From Octopus sinensis (Eukaryota): DNA of 64,000 bases. Position 1 is the stretch's first letter. Every line of letters starts with the position of its first letter. A program made the position numbers and the translations under genes. This document shows positions 14,512-29,372 of the stretch, in pieces. The stretch is taken from positions 35,030,001 to 35,094,000 of the forward strand of contig NC_042999.1 in the NCBI RefSeq assembly GCF_006345805.1. The letters run 5' to 3'. The notes under the pieces are model-generated. The model did not search any database. It had not been told where the DNA came from and saw nothing but the letters and a program-made list of their open reading frames with translations.

Positions 14512-14677
14512 AAGAGTTTACGAAAAAAGCAAAAGACGAAGACAGGTGGTGTACAAAACAAACAGATGTATTAGTATAATACTCAGGAATAGAAAAAGTC
14601 TTTTACGTTTCGAGCCTATGCTCTTCTACAAAAATGGACACAGAAAAAACAAGGAGAGAAAAAAATGTGTGTAGTGG
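14510..14677 (-). mobile_element. Second copy of the 8128-8320 pLTR-like repeat (hammerhead-like motif at 14600-14634), 3' end at (TA)n
   Basis: Reverse-complement similarity to 8153-8320. Confidence 0.7.
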
Positions 14678-14917
14678 GTAGAGTGAGTGAAGAAACGAAA
14701 CAAAGAGGCACTCAACACATTTAGTAGGTGTTGTATATTCTATTATTTAAAACAGTTTTCGGTTTTCTGAGCCTGGATGAGCTAGCCTTCTGTAAGAAGC
14801 CTATGAAAATCTAAGTCGTGTCAGATATAATAATAATAATGATTTGAAATTTCGGCACAAGACCAGCAAGATCGAGGTGGGGGTCTTGTTGATTACATCC
14901 ACCCCAGTATTCAACTA

Positions 14918-15820
14918 CAGGGTGGGTGAAAAGTAAGTAGGCATTAAAAATTGGTAATGATATCCATATTCCTTTTACAAATTTATTGAAACAAATGATA
15001 CCTGTTCTTTATTACATGGGAAAATTAAAGTAAATCTCCATATTTCAACGTAAGCATCGGTGGTGTCAACTAAACGTCCAAGGATGGAATGAACAGCCTT
15101 CTGAAGGATGTCGTCTGGGAAATCATTGAAAACGTCATGAATCCATGTCTCTAAGTCCTCCAGTGTGCGAGGTTTTGTCTTGTACACCTCCTCTTTTGTG
15201 TAGCCCCACTGGTAAAATCACATAGAGTGAGATCTGGACTTCTTGTTGTAGGTCTGGACTTCTGGACTTCTACGGTCACAATCATCAGGTTTTAGCTCTT
15301 GTACGTAATAGGGTTTCCACGGACGAAAATTCCATTCTTTATGCAACACCGTACGTATTCGCGTCTTGTTAGTCTACTTTCACGAGCTGCTTGCCGTGTG
15401 GGATTTTTGTGGGTTGTGATTAAACATTTCCCGCATTATTGCCACGTCCTCCGCTGCACGGGATGTGGTTGGACGGCCACTTTTTCTTGTACCGTTCACA
15501 GAACCTGTGATCATCAGCTTTACATGACAACTTTTTAATGTCTCTTGACGTAGTATTGCACGTTTACCTTTCCATGTACGCCACCATCTCTGAACCAAAA
15601 CAATGGAATTCCACACTTCATAGCGTGCTGCTATCTTAGCTCGCTCCTGGACAGAAGAGCGACCGGCCATCTGGAAAATAAGAAATAAGAAATAAGACAA
15701 TAAGAAAATAAGAAATCCCCATTAGTGTTGTCTGTTTAAAAAATGTTTTCGTCATGACCTCAGTGATACTAAAAATTCTATAAGCAATTTCTAATGCCTG
15801 GTTACATTCCATCCACCCTG
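14918..15820 (-). mobile_element. Internally deleted IS630/Tc1/mariner transposon (DUF4817-type N-terminus, rosa-like) nested in a family A SINE
   Basis: TA|CAGGGTGG..CCACCCTG|TA termini. N-terminus MAGRSSVQERAKIAARY..SGRPTTSR and C-terminus SPDLTLCDFYQWGYTKEEVYKTKPRTLEDL. SINE halves lie at 14845-14917 and 15821-15945. Confidence 0.88.
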
Positions 15821-15964
15821 TAGTACATATTATATTGATCTCGAAAGGAAGAAAGGCAAGGTCGAGAATTCAGCGGAATTTGAACTCATAACGTAAAGAC
15901 GGGCCAAATCCTGTGTGCTAGCGATTCCACCAGCTCACTGCTTTTATAATAATAATAATGATGG

Positions 15965-16452
15965 TCACTCCCATCGATAGTGACGCATGAGTGTTTGAAT
16001 GAGAGAATTTTTAAAAAGTGAGAAAAGAAAAAAAAAACAATTTTACAAATAAAAGAATAAAACAACTTGCATCTATTTGCGATGGATATGTGAATATAAT
16101 TTGAGTCCAGGTATGGTATTTACTATGAAGTCACACTGCGGACACTGATGATTTTGATTTTGCTTGGGATTGGTCAAATGTGTCTGGTGATATAATTATT
16201 TTATTGCTCTGTTTGTTCAACTCAAATTGTTTTGATGCAGCATGACACATTTTACGTCATGCAGATCGATCTAAGCAATGACTTTTCCACGATGTCAAAT
16301 TAAGCTGTAGAAACTTTAGTGATTGTTTCAGCTTATCTTTGTGCATAAGGATAGGTTTTCCCTTACCGCGATGGCCCTCTGCTTGTTGGTCAGACAAAAG
16401 AATGTTCGGAACACTATCATCTTTCATTCGAACTACATGCTCTACCCATCTG
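15965..16452 (-). mobile_element. 3' fragment of an RTE-clade LINE
   Basis: RWVEHVVRMKDDSVPNILL..GHRGKGKPILMHKDKLKQSLK..SW..DRSA resembles the RTE C-terminal RWxGHxxRM..GRP..W..DR motif. Confidence 0.75.
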
Positions 16453-16544
16453 CACGAAGAAGAAGAAGACAAAGCAATGTATATGATAACACTTCCAATC
16501 AGTTAAGATAAGCAGCCATGAGAGCCACTGCCTGGTACTGCATC

Positions 16545-16894
<350 letters not shown>

Positions 16895-17527
16895 TATAAG
16901 AATTTAGGAACTTCGAGAACTTTAAAAAATTCTTGTTTTCAGAACGGTGAATCTCGAAGCAGACAAATCTTGAGGCTTGCTAATCAATTCCTCCACTCGC
17001 TAACGATTCGTATCAGTGACCGTAGTTGGTGTACTCCCACTGTGCGGTGTGTCTTCAATGTTCGTTTCCCTTTTAAATTTTCTTAACCATTTGTGATCAT
17101 TATTTTTGCCAACAGTGTCATCTCCGTCAACAAACTTTGTTTTTCAGTGAATGTCGGAGAGTCGACACCCTGTTTGGAATCCTTAATTTGCTGGCAACCG
17201 AGAAGAACAGGAAGAGTAAATACAAAGTGAGTATTACTCTAGCAACTTGTGCAATTTGAATAACTTTCATAAAAATGTTATACCACTTTTGCATTATTTT
17301 GGCACTACTCTTGTATATAATCGTAATGTTAGAACAACATAGAATATTAAAATATATATTTACCGAGTGCAAACATTTAGGTACAGTATATAGATATATT
17401 TAATTGTTATATCAAGAGTTAGAAGCATTCTCCGAGTTTCGTTATTACCCGTTCTGCTCATGATCATTGTCAACAGCCAAGAACGAAACTCAGAGTACAT
17501 TATCTACTTTTGACATTATAGTGGCAG

Positions 17528-17804
<277 letters not shown>

Positions 17805-18479
17805 TGTAGTTTAGTTCTATCATTACTACTTCTGTTAACACTGGGAAAGTGAATTGGATTCAGAACTTAAATAGCTTTCTTTTCAATGTATGAAACTTAT
17901 TGCATTTTATTCCTTTATTAAGTGTATCATTTATCACCAAATACTATGCCGGGTTAAATAACTTTATTATATGCAACAATGGAATATCAATCTTGTTAAA
18001 ACTGATTTTATGTATCATGGGTTATCTGAAATTGGTCAAATAATTTCTGGATTTCTAGCCTTTCATGTGCAGAAGCATTTCTAAATCCTGTTTATATCAT
18101 CGGCTTAAGTTTTATTATCCTAAGTGACGGGAATTTCGATTTTATCCCGTGGAGGTCGTTAAAATGAATTTTATCCTTCCTCCCAAACGAAAATGCGTGG
18201 TCTTTTACCGGTGTCAGCAGTTAATATAATTAAGAATCTCTCGTATCTTAGTTAATTTACATATTATGTAAAGATTAGAGCATGGGATTTCTTGCAATTA
18301 TTTTACTTTCTAGATCTAGAGAACTCGATAGTTCCCATAGTTTTCGCAGGCCCTCCGAAGCTGTTGAGATTGATACCGTTACTGCTCCGTTTATGCGGTT
18401 GCAATTTAAAATTTACAGATAGGAAACAAATTAGTAGGAAGAAAATTACAGAAAGTCCTGGGAGTAGCAATAATCACAA

Positions 18480-19650
18480 GATCTAGAGGATTAGATACAG
18501 AATTGCACAGGCGTTGAGTGAAAAGGATTGTGCCTGGTTGAAGTTATGACGGGACCAGATAGTTTCACGAAACAGAGGTCATTATAGTTGCAGCTGAAAA
18601 AAACAGAGAGAGAGAGAGAAAGAGAGAGTAGGCAGCATATCTACAGGATAGATGACTAAAGCATGTCTGTGAGTGATTTTATTCCAATCAGTCGAGTTGT
18701 TTTTTTTTTTGGGTGTAGCCTAAGCTATCGGTGTGTAAAGAAGCAGCATTGTTTCAGATGTTGAGAGGAATCCTTCATTTTGACCCTCATTAGTGCGTCA
18801 ATGGTTGTCAATCAAGTTGCGACGCACACCACAATTGATAGAATGACAAAAAGAGCTCTGATAACATACACCGTAATAAAACAATTTGTTAGGTACCTAC
18901 CGATCCTGAATATGAGATACAGATGGAGCTCAGGCAACTTCCATATGTCCGACACAGTCGAGAACTTTACTGATACCTTCGGCGACAACATTACTTTCTT
19001 TGAAATGAGAGAATACTGACATAATAGCTGAAATCACCTCTCGTCATATTCTACGGAAATCTTATGAGTGGTTAGAGAGAGCAATTTAAGATGCAGGGGA
19101 AGGTCATCAATAACAGCAGACCCAAGTATCTTTGAGGTACTGAGAGTGTAACAGGGAAATATTTGGTAGAATCAGAGTTTGCTGTTCTTAGGGAGAAAAC
19201 CTACTGTTGCAATTTTTCAAAGATCTGTGAAGATCTCAGTAGAGAGGGGTATATTAAAGACTATGTGAGCATAGGGTAAAGTCTGGAGTGTAATGTTGGA
19301 GAACAATAGAATGAATAATGTCAGTGTTGGTGAATTTGTTGATTTCAAGTCACTGTTTACATACACACTTTGTGCGTATGCAAGTTCTGGAATGTAGTAG
19401 AGTGGAAGAGAACAAATTTAAAATAGAATTGCCAAGTGTATGTAGTGAGGAGTTTGAAGTAAAGTGGACAGCAAAGTTAGAGGCTTTCTCTGCGGATGAC
19501 TATCGAATGATTCATTGTTTCTGATAAGAAAGATTCAAATATGACTCAGATTCTGTTTGTAAGGGACCAGAGTTAGAAGAGCTACCCGCAGTTTGGGAGG
19601 CGGTCCTTCGACGGCAATTTGATGTCTGAACGATGCACAAATGCACCTTT
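18480..19650 (-). mobile_element. Highly degraded LINE RT remnant (CR1/Jockey group)
   Basis: Minus-strand pieces FPVTLSVPQRYLGSAVIDDLP (compare GVPQGSVLGP..INDLP) and TRLIGIKSLTDML, with many stops. Confidence 0.5.
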
Positions 19651-22414
19651 AACAATTCGGTTAGCGGTCTTGCAAGTGTTGCATTGTTAGGTAAATGCCA
19701 CCGAATTTTTAGGAATAGTTAAATTTCTCTGTGTCGTAGGCCTTGTTTTGTGTTAAGGGCTGCGGCGGAGCTGGGTGACTCACTTAATTTTTTATGCATT
19801 TGGAGGGACATACTTGAAATGATAAATTCAGTCACCTTACTAACTGTTTTAATGAGTGAGGAATTAAACACGTACACTCTTTGTGATTATTGGAATAAAA
19901 TTGGTTGCGATCCGGCGAGTCGTCTGCTGAGAAATGCTATAAGATCCGGAGTCATGATGCATTTTGCAGAACGTGCATATATGTTAGGCAGTTCCGCTAA
20001 ATAAGTGGTTGGGTCAACAAATAGATGCAGGGGCAATTACGGTTTGGTAGAGATTACGTTTCGGGGTGAGAAAGAAATTGGGGATGTCTGGAAGGGATTA
20101 TACAAATGATTGTATATAAATAGTAAACTGTATAAAAAATGTATATAAATAATAAACACTTTTATAGTCATAAAAATATCGGGTATATTCTATTTATTCG
20201 AACCTAGTATATAAACCTCTCATACCTTTCTATTCAATTACTCACGGAAGTAAGAAGATTTCAAATATAAATCTACTGCGATTTGAAAGGAAAATTATAC
20301 TGGGACAAATATCATCGGATCATATGTCATCACTTTCAATCACTCTAATGCACGACATTATTAGGTTTAGAAGTATAAAATTATATTTTATTCAATATAA
20401 TGAACATCAGCGTGATTATAATCATTATTGTCATCATCAGGTTTGTCGTCTGCGTTATTTTCGACTTTACCTTCTTCCGTCTTCATTATTGTATAATTGA
20501 AACTTTCTCTGCATTACTCTTTCATACAAAATGTGAAAACCTTTCAATTTTCAATAGAAATAATTTGAATCCTTTCCTCAAGAGAAAATGTGAAAGATAT
20601 CCACTTGGAATCAGTAATTCTTCTGAAAGTATTTACTCTTATTTCCCTCCAGCTTTACCCTGAAGCATGTTTACGGTGAAATTACAGTAAAATTAACCGT
20701 ATTACGCCTGCATAAGAATATTGACAACAATCTAAAACTTTCATTTACATCATTTCCTTCTCAATTGTTACTTGTTATTGTTTTCACAGAATCTTGGGAT
20801 CTCAGCGGTTGATTTTTCTATTCAAAGTTTGTAAAAGGCTATAGAAAGTGTTTCAAAGCCAATGATTTCTCTACATGCTCACCACTACATCTATAGCCAA
20901 TAATGGAAGTGAAACATTGTTAGAAGTTATTGTCTATCAATATTATTATCTGTTCTGCTGGCAGTTCAAATCCGGCCGATGTCGTGTTTGCCTTTCATCC
21001 CTCTAGATTAGACAGAATATGTACCAATAAAACAGGAGGCAAATTCAGCTATAACCCTCTTCTAAATTTCGAGGCTATGAGCATACATAAGCAAAAAATA
21101 TTTATTACTATGTGAATAACATCTTTTGTATCTCGTAATGAAAAATTTAAACTCTGGTATAAGAACAAAATTTTATCTACTCTGACAAGCGTAAATACTG
21201 TTTGTGTAAAGTATTTGGATTAATAGATGCTACTACAGAATATTTGATTTAATCGAATTCAGCAATTGGATTCGGTAACGCGATATTTCTATTTAATTAT
21301 AATAATAACCAGAACAACAATAATAATATCAATAGTTGCTCTACCTTTGGTGAAAAGCCAACAATTTTAAGAGGAGAAAGTTAGTCGATACCGTTGACCC
21401 GGCTACTTGACTGGTACTTTGTGTTATCGATTCAGGAGAGATAAGAGGGAGGGGCATCGGATTTTGAACTCAGAATGTAAGGATTCGAAAAAAAATACAG
21501 CAAGGCATTTTGCTGACGCTCGAACGATTCTGCTAATTCACCCCCCCCCCCTCTACCGTCCTCATAAAGAAAAACAAGCGAAAAAAACAACAACAACTAT
21601 ACCAGCAACAACAGCATCAACAAGGGTTTCTTTATTAATCATCAAGGCTCGGACGAAAACTTCAATATTACAAAGTTACAAAAGCATAGGAAATTTTTTG
21701 CGATTAAACAAAATACACATCTTAAGGAACTTCCACTTCCATCATTCTCACCCAACAGTTTCCCACATTTTCGTTGAAGACTGTCGCCCTACCCTCTCAT
21801 TTGAAAATCCTTACAACAATTAGAAAATTGAGTGGAAGAGACAATATCCGGCGTATTTTAAGTTCAATTTAAATCTTACAGTCTTTGATACTATCGTTTT
21901 TATATTCCCAGAGTCAATAAACTAAACAACTTAGATTATACTTGAAGTATTTTCCATCGGAAATGTAAAGATTTATTCATCAAATTGTTCGTTTGTTATA
22001 AGTCGCTTCACATAAACGATTTCTTGATTATGCAACCCATTTTGTGCTTCTGTCTGGAACTATTTCCATAACGTCTGTCAACTCCTTAGAGATTAAATTT
22101 CTATTGACAAATCGCTATAAATCTAATTATCCTTTCCTACATATGAAACTACTACAGACAGTAAATATAGTGTTGATGTTTGCGAGAAAATATTAAGCAG
22201 ACGGGCCGTAGTATATACTTCTCTGCTAAAAATTATATCTTCGATTTTACTCTATAATGGCAATAGCTCACACGTTTGCGAACAAGGACAACACAGACGC
22301 AATATTTGTCATTGTAGGGTGTATGCAACAAGTAGTTATTACATGATATATCCATTCATCCATAAACACACACATACAAATACATATATGTGTGTTACAC
22401 TTAGAACTTCCCTA

Positions 22415-22888
22415 GATGGTCAGGGTTTAAACGCTCAACTTCATGCTGACAAACTGTTGTGAGTATATGGTAATTTGAAAGCCCGCTACCCGACATTGGT
22501 CAATCGAAAACGTGTATTCCTAAGCATGAAAATGCCACAGCACACCCCGCCAATGTGATCACGCGCAAACGTGAGGAAAACAAGGGGCTAAAAGTGCTGC
22601 CTCAGCCTGCCTTTAGTCCAAACCTTGCACCACCAGATTACCACCTTTTCCAAATCGTGGCTGATTTCCAGCGCGAATAGAAGTTCAACAACGTGGATGA
22701 GATTGACAGCGGTGGCCTCTAAACCAGCCAAATAGTATAAGCGTGCAATTGAACTTCTGGGAAGACAATGGCAATAAACAATAAAATATTGGGGCATATT
22801 TTGATGAATAAACGTTTTACGTGTGTAATTTCGGGGAAAATATATACTAAAGCTTGAAGTACGAGAACACTTTTGAATGAACCTGGTA
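22415..22888 (+). mobile_element. Degraded mariner 3' remnant
   Basis: ARYPTLVNRKRVFL..VLPQPAFSPNLAPPDYHLF (compare HPPYSPDLAPSDYHLF), ending in a TIR-like sequence plus TA. Confidence 0.75.
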
Positions 22889-22891
22889 TGA

Positions 22892-23095
22892 TCTTTTACT
22901 TGTTTCAGTCATTGGACTGCAACCATGCTGGAACACCGCTTTGAATAGTTTAGTCGAAAAAGTCGATGGCAGTACTTATTTTTGAAGCCTGATTCTTATT
23001 CTATCGTTATCTATTGCCAAACCGCTAATTAAGAGGGACATAGACAAACCATTACCGGTTGTCAAGCAGTGGTAGGAAAACAACCATAGGCACAT
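22892..23095 (-). mobile_element. SINE family B, diverged 3' half
   Basis: TTTTACTTGTTTCAGTCA.. tail and similarity to 54318-54707. Confidence 0.75.
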
Positions 23096-23551
23096 ACATA
23101 GACATACACATAGCAGTATTTCGTCTGTCTTTATGTTCTAAGTTCAAATCCCGCCGAGGTCAATAAATTAAGTACCAGTTGTGTACTGAGGTCGATCTAA
23201 TCGACTGTCACCTCCCCCAAAATTTCGGGCCTTGTGCCTTGAGTAGAAAAGATTATCATGACTATTTTAAACGGCCTTTAATTTGAAGGCATAATTTGGT
23301 CGGTTGTACCTTCAAATCATGACAAAGGAAGCCAGATAAAGAAAGAAAAAAGATTGATACACCAGCATTGATTAACTATTTTCCAATCCCTAGTGCGAAC
23401 ACTGTTTCTTTGATGGTTACTAAAATTCCTTACGTTATATCCCTTATATAAAATTTCCATCTAAATTACGTTTGGCCTGCTGCTGTTCTACTGTGTCTCG
23501 CCCATTGCGTAATTTATACTGTCTTTCTTCGAACGTTATTGTTCTCGAATT

Positions 23552-23950
23552 AAGGTGGTGAGCTGGTAGAAACGTTAACACGCCGGGCGAAATGCGTAGC
23601 AGTATTTCGTCTGCCGCTACGTTCTGAGTTCAAATTCCGCCGAGGTCGACTTTGCCTTTCATCCTTTCGAGGTCGATTAAATAAGTACCAGTTACGCACT
23701 AGGGTCGATATAATCGACTTAATCCGTTTGTTTGTCCTTGTTTGTCCCCTCTGTGTTTAGGCTCTTGTGGGTAGTAAAGAAATACGTATTTCGTCTGCTG
23801 TTACGTTCTGAGTTCAAATTCTGCCGAGGTCGTCTTTGCCTTTCATCCTTTCGGGGTCGATAAATTAAGTACCAGTGACTCACTGGGGTCGATGTAATCG
23901 ACTAGCTCCCTCCCCAAAATTTCAGGCCTTGTACCTAGTGTAGAAAAGAT
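23552..23950 (+). mobile_element. SINE family A, head plus duplicated body, with TSD
   Basis: Flanked by TTATTGTTCTCGAATT / TTATTCTTCTCAAATT. Confidence 0.9.
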
Positions 23951-26900
23951 TATTCTTCTCAAATTCGATCTCATAGAAAGTCTTTACCGAATGTAAAATT
24001 TACAGATGATAATATGAGTAAGTACGAGACTTAAATGCTAGTAATGGTATACATTGCAATGAAAGGGAATTCCAACAGGGATACGATGTTAATGTCTTGC
24101 GAGATAAAGAAGGAATATGCTTTTTAAGGGAAGTTTTGGGGTCAGAAAAAATGTAAATCCATTTAAATAATATATAAAAGTTCTATGGAAACATTAGTTT
24201 CTTACTTTGAGAAATCTTATATTACTCTTACTGCATTCTTCTAGTCACTAGAATGATTACAGAATTCCCTTTGAAAGTTTTGTATTATTGGCTGATTTGC
24301 CTGACGACTATCTCTAGAGGTTATTCTGAAACGGTTTTCAGAAATATCATGTCTAAAATCCAACATACGATTAAAATATGTTTGTTTACTATTATAACAG
24401 AGTAGTTTCCTCTCACTGTCACTTCCACTAAAAGAAAAATAGAAGGTAACCTTTTGTTAAAAAAATATATATATCCCATCATCTAAGAAGTGTTCACATT
24501 GTGGGGACATTAGAGGAGTAAATAAATATATCTTCTACATAGTATGAGGTTTCTTTTCAAACGTTGATCCATATTTACACATACGTAAACTGTTCTACTA
24601 AACTGTCAGAATATGTAAAGCTAAGGTGAAGACACAATGGGAAGGAAATTAGTCTACCACCATTGAAAGAAGTAGAATATAAAATATCTGAAGTGACAAA
24701 ATTGTTATTATAATCGACAGCAGGTTCGTTTAAAAGTATGTTTTTTTCAGACAACAAATGTGAAAAAAGAGCAATAAGAAGCAGTCAACAATGTCAGATC
24801 AGCCAAGGGGATGACAGCTATTTGATTAGAAATATAAATCGAATCGACGAAAGTCATTACAGGACATTACAAGTAAATTTAATGAAAGTAGATGCCCTGC
24901 AGAGAAAGATAGAGAACATACTGAAATAGCGCTACATTCACTTAGCTAAAAGTGACTGTTGGAAACAAGTGCAGAAATATATATTAGTTCCAAAGGTAAA
25001 CAGGTAAAAGTTCGCTGTCTGTCAATGGCTATCGGAAAACTGTAATGTTTTCTGATGCAAGTCAGAATGGAAATGAAGATAATCTCTCTATGTATAGAGA
25101 GTGATGGTATGTGGCGAAGAAAGCATGCATATAATAGTTTAAATGTATATTTCCTTCTCAGATAAGACAAATGCCGGTTATGATAAATGACTGAATGCAT
25201 CATTTATTAGAATTTCTGGAATTTTACATGTTTAAAAACAATACTCACGCCTAAGACTATTTTTCAAAAGTATTTTGGTTTGAGAATAACTTACGGCAAA
25301 GAAAAAGTTAAATCATGGTCGCTGGACCTGCTAGAAATAATGGCTAAATTTCCTTCTAGGTTGCAAACAAACAAAATTCTTTCCAGTATTACAAGCAAAC
25401 AAAATAGAATATTTGGTAATGATTTCCTAGAAACAGACTTCCGTGAGGAAAAATAAGATGCGATCGTCACAGATGAAATGCATTTAATACATGCATCTAA
25501 CATTCAATACGAGGTAAAACAACAACAGTCCAATATATTACAGTAAAAAGATCACAATGCTTTAATATGTCAGGTCTGTAAGATATGTGGTCATTAACAA
25601 GAAAATTACATTCATATAAATGTATGACTTGTCTAATTACTTCGTTTAAATTCAAATTCACCAGTCCACATGGTGCTCAGTCACCAATCTGGGTACTTTA
25701 TCCATCTTTTATGGTTAATGGTCCATTATACACAGTAACATGAATATCAGCCATATTAAGAGCAAACCACATGAATAAGTTTGATCTGCATATTGATATT
25801 GAGTATTTCCTTAGTAAAACATTACCGAGGGATGGTACTCGTATCGTTATAATGATCAGATGTCGATCTCGGACGATAAAACCGCGCCTAATCATTCAAG
25901 TTTTAAACAGACACCTGACTTTGAACAGATCAACTGCGATTTGCATGTATTTAATGTTATTAGTGTCTCAAATTACTTAATATCACTTAAAATCACTCCT
26001 ATAGAAATCAGACCAGATTACGATAGTTCTTGTAATGTGAACTGACATCTACCAAGAGAAAGCTCTCCAGTTGCTCAGAACTACGGGTTACAAACGCATG
26101 TTACATAAGTAAAATGCTTTACTTGAATAACACGACAAACAGGAAACAGTGATCTCGAATTATTACGCCACTAATCATACCTTCAACACCCATTCTCACT
26201 GCTACAAATCTTACGACCTACACACCACGTGGTTTTATAACAGATATCATTACTTAGAGTACACATACGCAACCTTCCATCGTCTCTGCTTCCAGCTGTT
26301 CCACATAGCATGTTTCTCTAATATCTTGATTCCAATGTGTGCATGTGTGTGGATGTAAATGGCAAGGTGCGCTTTAACTGATGTGGAGAAGGAAATGGTC
26401 TAATGCTTATTAAGATCAAGAATTTTTTGAATTGTTTCCGAATGTGGCATCAAGAAAAGAAAACAGAATAATTGGTTCCTACACCTATTATTGACGAATC
26501 ACTCTATATTTTCTAAATGTCTTTTGATACACTACCAGTGTTTCTTGAAGGTATAGGAAGACATTAGTACTTCAGTAGTGAAGAAAAATAGTACAGAAAG
26601 TACATCCCAAAATTGATGTCACTAGCATCTAACTTTCATGAAAATCCTCGCAGAAATAAGAAAGAGTTGTCAGTAGTTATAACTCGGTAATAACTACATC
26701 CTCTTCGGAGCGTATGCTACTATGATTATATTTGTGGTAGGCGCCAATATTTGATGCTATCAGAAAGTAGTTAATGACCAATTAGGTTTGATTTTTATGT
26801 TAAATTGTAATAAAACCTGGAAAATCGATTATAGTTATCTCATTACCAATAGCAAATATGAATTTTTAATTCCATGCCCGACCCCTTCCCTTGCCATATC

Positions 26901-27339
26901 TCGTTACCTCAAACAAGGCATTTTTCAAAGCAGACATGTTATCCAATGAATACAATCTGATTAAGGAAATCCAAATCATAGCAAATAATCGAGCAAAACA
27001 TCATTGAATACTTGAGATATTTTTGAAAACAGATAGAAATAAGATACTGAAATCATATACTAATTATTTGCATGAAATTTTAATTCTATGAAAATTGTTT
27101 TTAAGTTATCAAAACTACAGCTAAAGATGACTGAATTACGAGATTTGTTATTTTAAAATTAATAATAAATTATTTGTATCAAGCTACGTTAATGTCTGTT
27201 TTAGTTATTAAGACTAAGGGCAAAATATATTATACAAATTATATAAACTGATGAGTTTAATTTTAAGAATTTTAAATAACAATCATGAAAAACATGAACT
27301 TCGAATACACACACGCACACACATACAGATGCGCGTGCG

Positions 27340-27375
<36 letters not shown>

Positions 27376-27387
27376 CATATATATATA

Positions 27388-27449
<62 letters not shown>

Positions 27450-28061
27450 TATATATATATACATACATACATACATGCATACATACATACATATATATAT
27501 ATATGGAGAGAAAGAGAGCTAGGGTCGAGGAGAAATTATTTTAAATCCAAACGAATGAAGAAATAGAAGAAATGAAGTTGAAAATACACAGATAATATAT
27601 TAGAATTAAATAGAATTTAATTATATTTTAAAATGTAGGACCACACTTTGCCAGTTTCATAATAGATTTTCAGAAGTGTATAGCATATGGAGCTTTGTCG
27701 CGAATCGTGGTTATTCTGGCCATTGTTATAAAAATAGTTAGTTTTCAAAGTATAAATGTAGTTCAGCGTGCTACCTTTTAACTTAAAAATTGATTGGTCA
27801 GCTATCTTGTGATAAGGTCATCTGGTAGTTGCTCGGAAAGGTCGCATAAAAGCTTTTCTCCATTGAATATGTTATATGACAGTTAGAAAGGAGCAGTATG
27901 AATAAGAAATATAATAACTGTTTGCATAAAATGTTATAGATAATTATTGATTAGTCTGTCGAAGAAAATTTTTATCAGTTAGTGCTAGTTCACTCCCATT
28001 GAACAGGTTAAAAGATACCCCTTCTTTCTTAATGGCGTGTCAGTTAAGTAAGATAACAAGA

Positions 28062-28448
28062 GTAGAGGCGCAATGGCCCAGTGGTTATGGCAGCGGACTC
28101 GCGGTCATAGGATCGCGGTTTCGATTCCCAGACCGGGCGTTGTGAGTGTTTATTGAGCGAAAACACCTTGAAGCTCCACGAGGCTCCGGCAGGGAATGGT
28201 GGTGATCCCTGCTGTACTCTTTCACCACAACTTTCTCTCACTCTTACTTCCTGCTTCTGTTGTACCTGTATTTCAAGGGGCCGGCCTTGTCACTCTCTGT
28301 GTCACGCTGAATATCCCCGAGAACTACGTTAAGGGTGCACGTGTCTGTGGAGTGCTCAGCCACTTACACGTTAATTTCACGAGCAGGCTGTTCCGTTGAT
28401 TCGGATCAACCGGAACCCTCATCGTCGTAACCGGCGGAGTGCTTCCTC
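28062..28448 (+). mobile_element. tRNA-derived SINE family C, full length
   Basis: A box TGGCCCAGTGG, B box GTTTCGATTCC and TSD AAGATAACAAGA. Other copies at 37188-37464 and 62190-62567. Confidence 0.92.
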
Positions 28449-28599
28449 AAGATAACAAGAAATGGGGTACATAAGTTGAATGATGGCTGGTATGTGAATT
28501 TGAGTTTTCTTAAAAACGAGCCAAAGAAGACATTCTGCAATAACTAAATCAGGGAGAAAGGAGAATCGTATATTATATTTTTACAACCTGTTCAACAGT

Positions 28600-28935
28600 G
28601 ACTTGTATTTTTTAATAAATGAACTTTCCTGATTAATTCTTATTTGGTCAGTGGTATCGTCAGTTCATTGAGAGAGTGGGAAAACCAGAAATTTGGGAAA
28701 TTTGGATTTTGCGCATGTGTCTAGTTGTTCACTGAGCGGATTTTGGTTAGTTTTAGGATCAGGTATTCGTTCACGATGAATAATATTTATTCTCGATTTT
28801 AAAGCGAGTTTAGTTTGACCATTGCATTTGATAACATATATTAAATTTTTCGAACCACCAGTAACATGCTTTTTCACAGTAAAAGCTTGGCCTGATTTAA
28901 ATTTATAAGTTGTCCTCAATAAGATTCCATAACTG
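28600..28935 (-). mobile_element. PLE 3' fragment (GIY-YIG endonuclease remnant)
   Basis: SKNLIYVIKC..GQTKLALKSRINI.HRERI..PLSEQLDTCAKSKFPKFLVFP, homologous to 31845-32140. Confidence 0.8.
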
Positions 28936-29034
28936 AATCGGCTACACTCCGATGGAATAGCCACGCTTGTAGACCGCTGAAAGAAGTGCGTTGAAAAGCA
29001 GGAAGACGATGGCAAAAATGATGTACCTGTTCAA

Positions 29035-29363
29035 CCCGAGCTAAAGTTTTAATAAATTCCTCATCCAACTTATTCGCCCGACCTTGCTCCTTCAGACAAC
29101 CATTTGTTTTGTAGTTTTCAGAATCATTTGGGGGTCATAAGTTTCGCAAGCCAGAAGGAGGTCGAAACTGACATTTCAGAGTTGTTCGCTTCGAAACCAA
29201 AGGAGTTTTACATTGATGGTATTAAAAAGCTTGTAAATAGATGGAAGGAAGTCATAGATAATCAAGGAAAGTACATTGATGATTAAATTTCAATTAGATA
29301 TAATATTTGATCACTTGTTTTCTTTATTCAAAATTCGAGCAGGATTTATGGGATGACCTGATA
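29035..29363 (+). mobile_element. Mariner 3' end with right TIR
   Basis: PHPTYSPDLAPSDNHLFCSFQNHL..FYIDGIKKLVNRWKEVIDNQGKYIDD*, ending ..GGATGACCTGATA. Confidence 0.88.
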
Positions 29364-29372
29364 TAAAACGGA

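Noticed and set aside
24000-27200. Repeat-poor unique region that could hold host exons or regulatory DNA
   Set aside because: No long ORF, recognisable domain or coherent splice structure; RNA-seq or homology data would be needed.
28062-28140. tRNA-like sequences here and at other SINE heads
   Set aside because: They continue into multi-copy SINE bodies with TSDs, so they are not stand-alone tRNA genes.
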